Made by a program: the position numbers and the translations under genes
Shown here: piece by piece, positions 53,608 to 56,079 of the stretch
Numbering within the stretch: position 1 is the first letter of the stretch
How the letters are laid out: the number at the start of each line of letters is the position of its first letter
From: Bacteriovoracaceae bacterium
Lineage (GTDB): Bacteria > Bdellovibrionota > UBA2394
Direction of reading: 5' to 3'
Length of the DNA stretch: 56,079 nucleotides
Assembly (NCBI GenBank): GCA_040381435.1
Contig: JBEIHI010000001.1
Span: 1 to 56,079, forward strand
Notes under the pieces: model-generated
Seen by the model: the letters and a program-made list of their open reading frames with translations, nothing else
Database searches by the model: none
What the model was told of the DNA's origin: nothing

Positions 53608-54065
53608 TAAGCCTGAACAGCTTGAGCTTGAATCGGAGCTCCCGACTCAGGTCCTGCTTCACCTGCGGGCGTTCCTTCTGCCTCAGCACCGAAAACCAAA
53701 TCCGATTTCACTCGAGCAGCTCGGCCTTTCAGATCTCGCAGGTAATAAAGCTTGGCTCGTCTCACTTCACCGCGAGACACCACTTGAACTTTATCAACTG
53801 TAGGCGAATTGTAAGGGAAAATTCTCTCCACACCGATGGTGTAGGAAATCTTTCGAACAGTGAAACAAGAGTTGTTTCCACCGCGCTTTTGGCGAATGAC
53901 GAGACCTTCAAAAATCTGGATACGAGTCTTCTCGCCTTCCTTCACTTTCACATGAACTTTAACAACATCACCGATGGAAAAACTAGGCATCGACGCACGT
54001 GTGCCGGAGACGGCCTTTTCAGCTTTTTTCATCAACTCAGAGGGATTAGGTCGCTTTGCGCTCAT
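53607..54065 (-). CDS. rplS: 50S ribosomal protein L19 with about 30-aa Ala/Gly/Glu-rich C-terminal extension
   Basis: [29 protein letters not shown] ... RRAKLYYLR matches L19. Confidence 0.95.
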   Translation of the reverse strand: MSAKRPNPSELMKKAEKAVSGTRASMPSFSIGDVVKVHVKVKEGEKTRIQIFEGLVIRQKRGGNNSCFTVRKISYTIGVERIFPYNSPTVDKVQVVSRGEVRRAKLYYLRDLKGRAARVKSDLVFGAEAEGTPAGEAGPESGAPIQAQAVQA

Positions 54066-54664
54066 CCGGGGATAACATCCAAAGGGGCCTCGTTTGTCAA
54101 CGGTCTCAACCCCATAAGTCGATCCAGATAGATGGCTACAGCGGACCGCACGGAAAGGTGATTAAAGTCCGTTGGCCCCTCAATCGGGCCCAAAAAGCCA
54201 TCGAGAGTCTCAGCCCACTGGGGGGCGAGGCCGTAGCCCGTCCCAAATACCAATAAAACAGGCCTCTGGGCGATTTCAACCTTCAACTCCTCGATTGAGA
54301 ATATTCCAGCGCCCATCTTTCTCGCATGGGTCCCCACCTTCAGAGGCCTTTGACCAGCCTCCTTTTCGATCTGGCTCATGACCGTCTCAAAATCATGGAC
54401 TAGGTGAACCAACTCCAATGCCCTCGTTCGCGTGGGATGAGAACGCAAGCCAAAACCCGAATGCCAATGACTGACAATTCGCCGATTGAGAGCCTGCTCA
54501 TCCTGAGAGGGATGGACCACAAAGTACCCTCGGACTCCAAAGGTGCGGGCGCTTCTTGCAATGTCGTGAAGGTCCATGTTGGTCACCGATGAAGTGATGA
54601 GCTGCTTGTTGCGATCCACAACTGGGTGGTGAATCAATGCGATATAAAGTCCAGAGGAGTTCAT
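54062..54664 (-). CDS. Predicted SPOUT-type RNA methyltransferase (Methyltrn_RNA_4/DUF2168-like) inserted between trmD and rplS
   Basis: The [39 protein letters not shown] start matches my recollection of this family. ATGA overlaps occur at both ends. Confidence 0.65.
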   Translation of the reverse strand: MNSSGLYIALIHHPVVDRNKQLITSSVTNMDLHDIARSARTFGVRGYFVVHPSQDEQALNRRIVSHWHSGFGLRSHPTRTRALELVHLVHDFETVMSQIEKEAGQRPLKVGTHARKMGAGIFSIEELKVEIAQRPVLLVFGTGYGLAPQWAETLDGFLGPIEGPTDFNHLSVRSAVAIYLDRLMGLRPLTNEAPLDVIPG

Positions 54665-55302
54665 GATTTGCGCCGCTTTCTCCATCGCTGAATGTCCGCG
54701 TGGTTACCCCTCAACAAGACTTCTGGAACTAAATGTCCCTCAAAGCTTGGGGGACGAGTGTACTGTTCGTGCTCCCGCTCAGCGCCCGCTGAAAAACTCT
54801 CTTCAATCAAGGAGTCGGGGTTTCCTAACACACCAGGCAAGTGTCTAACGGTGGCCTCCAAAACAACCGATGCGGCAGCCTCTCCACCCATTAAGACATA
54901 ATCACCGATGCGAATCTCCTCGTCCGCGTAGAACTGGGAGACGCGTTCATCGATTCCCTCATAACGACCACAGATCAAAATCAAATGATCCACTCTGGAA
55001 AATCGGGCGCTCATCTTTTGAGTGAACTTTTTTCCCTTGGCCGCCAAAACAACAACGCGAGTCTTTTCTTGGGGAGAGCGAATCGCACGTAAACACTGCA
55101 CAATCGGCTCAACCTTGAGCACCATGCCTGGACCACCGCCATAGGGCTGGTCATCGACACGCTTATGCTTATCGGGAGCGTACTGCCGAATATCGACAAT
55201 CTGAATCTGAACGAATTGTTTCTGAATCGCCTTATTGATCAAACCCTCTCTTAAGACTCCATCGAAATAACCGGGATGGATCGTCAAAATGGAGAGGCGC
55301 AT
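54661..55302 (-). CDS. trmD: tRNA (guanine37-N1)-methyltransferase
   Basis: ILTIHPGYF, DDQPYGGGPGMVL and CGRYEGIDERV motifs. Confidence 0.93.
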   Translation of the reverse strand: MRLSILTIHPGYFDGVLREGLINKAIQKQFVQIQIVDIRQYAPDKHKRVDDQPYGGGPGMVLKVEPIVQCLRAIRSPQEKTRVVVLAAKGKKFTQKMSARFSRVDHLILICGRYEGIDERVSQFYADEEIRIGDYVLMGGEAAASVVLEATVRHLPGVLGNPDSLIEESFSAGAEREHEQYTRPPSFEGHLVPEVLLRGNHADIQRWRKRRKS

Positions 55303-55305
55303 GAC

Positions 55306-55596
55306 CTACTCAACGATTTTGAGATCAGCGTTGAGCTTATACTTTCGCGAAGCCGCGCTGAGGATCGTTCTCATGGCAGAAGCGGTTCGGCCATGACGTC
55401 CGATCACCTTGCCCAAGTCCGATTTACCGACTTTCAATTCGAAAGAAACGTGGTCGCCACTCGAGGAAGCCTCTGTGAGTTCAACAGCAGAGGTGTCATC
55501 CACGAGAGCGTAAATCATGTTCTCAAGAAGAGATTTCAAATCGCCAGATTGAGCAGGCGCCGTTTTTGTAGCAGCAGAAAAAAAGTTCTTAAACAT
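55306..55596 (-). CDS. KH-domain RNA-binding protein (UPF0109/YlqC-like)
   Basis: DLGKVIGRHGRTASAMRTIL carries a GxxG KH motif. Position after rpsP. Confidence 0.85.
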   Translation of the reverse strand: MFKNFFSAATKTAPAQSGDLKSLLENMIYALVDDTSAVELTEASSSGDHVSFELKVGKSDLGKVIGRHGRTASAMRTILSAASRKYKLNADLKIVE

Positions 55597-55635
55597 AAGA
55601 GTCCTTAATAGTGATGAATGAATAAATTTTGTTTA

Positions 55636-55938
55636 TTAAGCAGCGCTTGAAGCTTTTGAGCTCAAGGAAATCTTAGCTCGCTTCAGCATTGTCTTAACGG
55701 TATCCGTTGGTTGAGCACCGACACTCAGCCAATAGAGGATTCTGTCGGTTTTAAGATTGGTGAGCCCCTTTGCTTGCGCTTGGGATGAGCCCTTACGGAC
55801 ACCCATATTCATGGGATCGTATGTTCCTAAAACTTCAAGATTACGTCCATTACGAGGAGCCTTGGAGGGAGTCGCAATCAGCCGGTAGAACGGACGCTTT
55901 GTAGTACCAATTCGTGTAAGTCGCAATTTAACAGCCAT
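55636..55938 (-). CDS. rpsP: 30S ribosomal protein S16 with short C-terminal extension
   Basis: MAVKLRLTRIGTTKRPFYRLIA matches the S16 N-terminus. The ATG at 55938 is preferred to the upstream ATG of the ORF. Confidence 0.95.
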   Translation of the reverse strand: MAVKLRLTRIGTTKRPFYRLIATPSKAPRNGRNLEVLGTYDPMNMGVRKGSSQAQAKGLTNLKTDRILYWLSVGAQPTDTVKTMLKRAKISLSSKASSAA

Positions 55939-56001
55939 GGACCATCTTTTGGCCAAAAGTGGCGAAAATGTCTCGAAAAAAATCGTCGGATTATGGGGGC
56001 C

Positions 56002-56079
56002 TTACCGCCTACCCCCCATAAAGGGCATCATGGAGCCCATCCCCTTCATCCCGCCCATCCGCTTCATCATCTTCTGCAT
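56002..56079 (-). CDS. ffh: 3' end of the signal recognition particle protein gene (Met-rich M-domain tail); partial
   Basis: Reverse strand reads ...MQKMMKRMGGMKGMGSMMPFMGGRR-stop. This is a Met/Gly-rich tail, and its position upstream of rpsP is as in the conserved ffh-rpsP arrangement. Confidence 0.55.
   Translation of the reverse strand: MQKMMKRMGGMKGMGSMMPFMGGRR

Noticed and set aside
55946-55959. Perfect 14-nt palindrome CTTTTGGCCAAAAG between ffh and rpsP.
   Set aside because: It would form only a weak AT-rich 5-bp stem with a GGCC loop. There is no U-tract or second copy, so its function cannot be supported.
1-56079. Looked for mobile elements, prophage genes, defence islands, toxin-antitoxin pairs and CRISPR arrays.
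   Set aside because: No integrase, transposase or recombinase, no terminal inverted repeats, no repeat-spacer arrays and no recognisable defence ATPase/nuclease pairs were seen. The gene content is housekeeping or envelope-related throughout.

Overview
About 95% of this window is coding. It looks like chromosomal core genome from a Bdellovibrionota/Myxococcota-type (former delta-proteobacterial) bacterium. That call rests on gene content: a pilB-pilT-pilC-pilS-pilR-pilA cluster in the Myxococcus/Geobacter order, PEGA-domain envelope proteins, an MJ0042 zinc-ribbon/TPR protein, type III glutamine synthetase and DUF4174. I saw no rRNA, tRNA, CRISPR array, integrase, transposase or prophage block, and no intergenic gap exceeds about 190 nt. 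Recognisable blocks, left to right: (1) rluA-family synthase, cupredoxin-like protein, ferredoxin, thioesterase, zinc-ribbon/TPR protein, nagZ and a C26 amidotransferase. (2) An unknown 2-3 gene minus-strand operon, then ilvA and a TPR protein. (3) A lid-less Hsp70 with a new C-terminal domain, coupled to a J-domain protein. (4) The SOS mutagenesis divergon lexA <> imuA-imuB-dnaE2. (5) infA, hisS, glnN (GSIII), prfC, a DsbD-like reductase and an NAD-IDH. (6) The type IV pilus cluster. (7) ribF, a PEGA Ser/Thr kinase and two paralogous envelope proteins, plsC, ssb, an acyl-CoA dehydrogenase, hemY and hemE. (8) A tightly coupled operon: (ffh)-rpsP-KH-trmD-SPOUT-rplS-rnhB::yraN-rsmI-hemE. The best-supported new observation is a duplicated 20-nt module, TACCATACA-N3-GTATGGTT. 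It places a -10 box, a CATAC-N4-GTATG palindrome (candidate LexA operator) and the ATG start codon in identical geometry in front of both lexA and imuA, which implies leaderless, operator-embedded SOS transcripts. Other leads are the Hsp70 C-terminal domain, a secreted protein with an NPP1/NLP-like GHAHDTE motif, an RNase HII-YraN fusion, a pilin with a non-canonical prepilin cleavage site, and several uncharacterised small operons. I could not identify one obvious self-contained novel system (for example a defence island). The unknown operon at 6.4-8.0 kb and the TPR/Hsp70/J module are the best candidates for undescribed biology.
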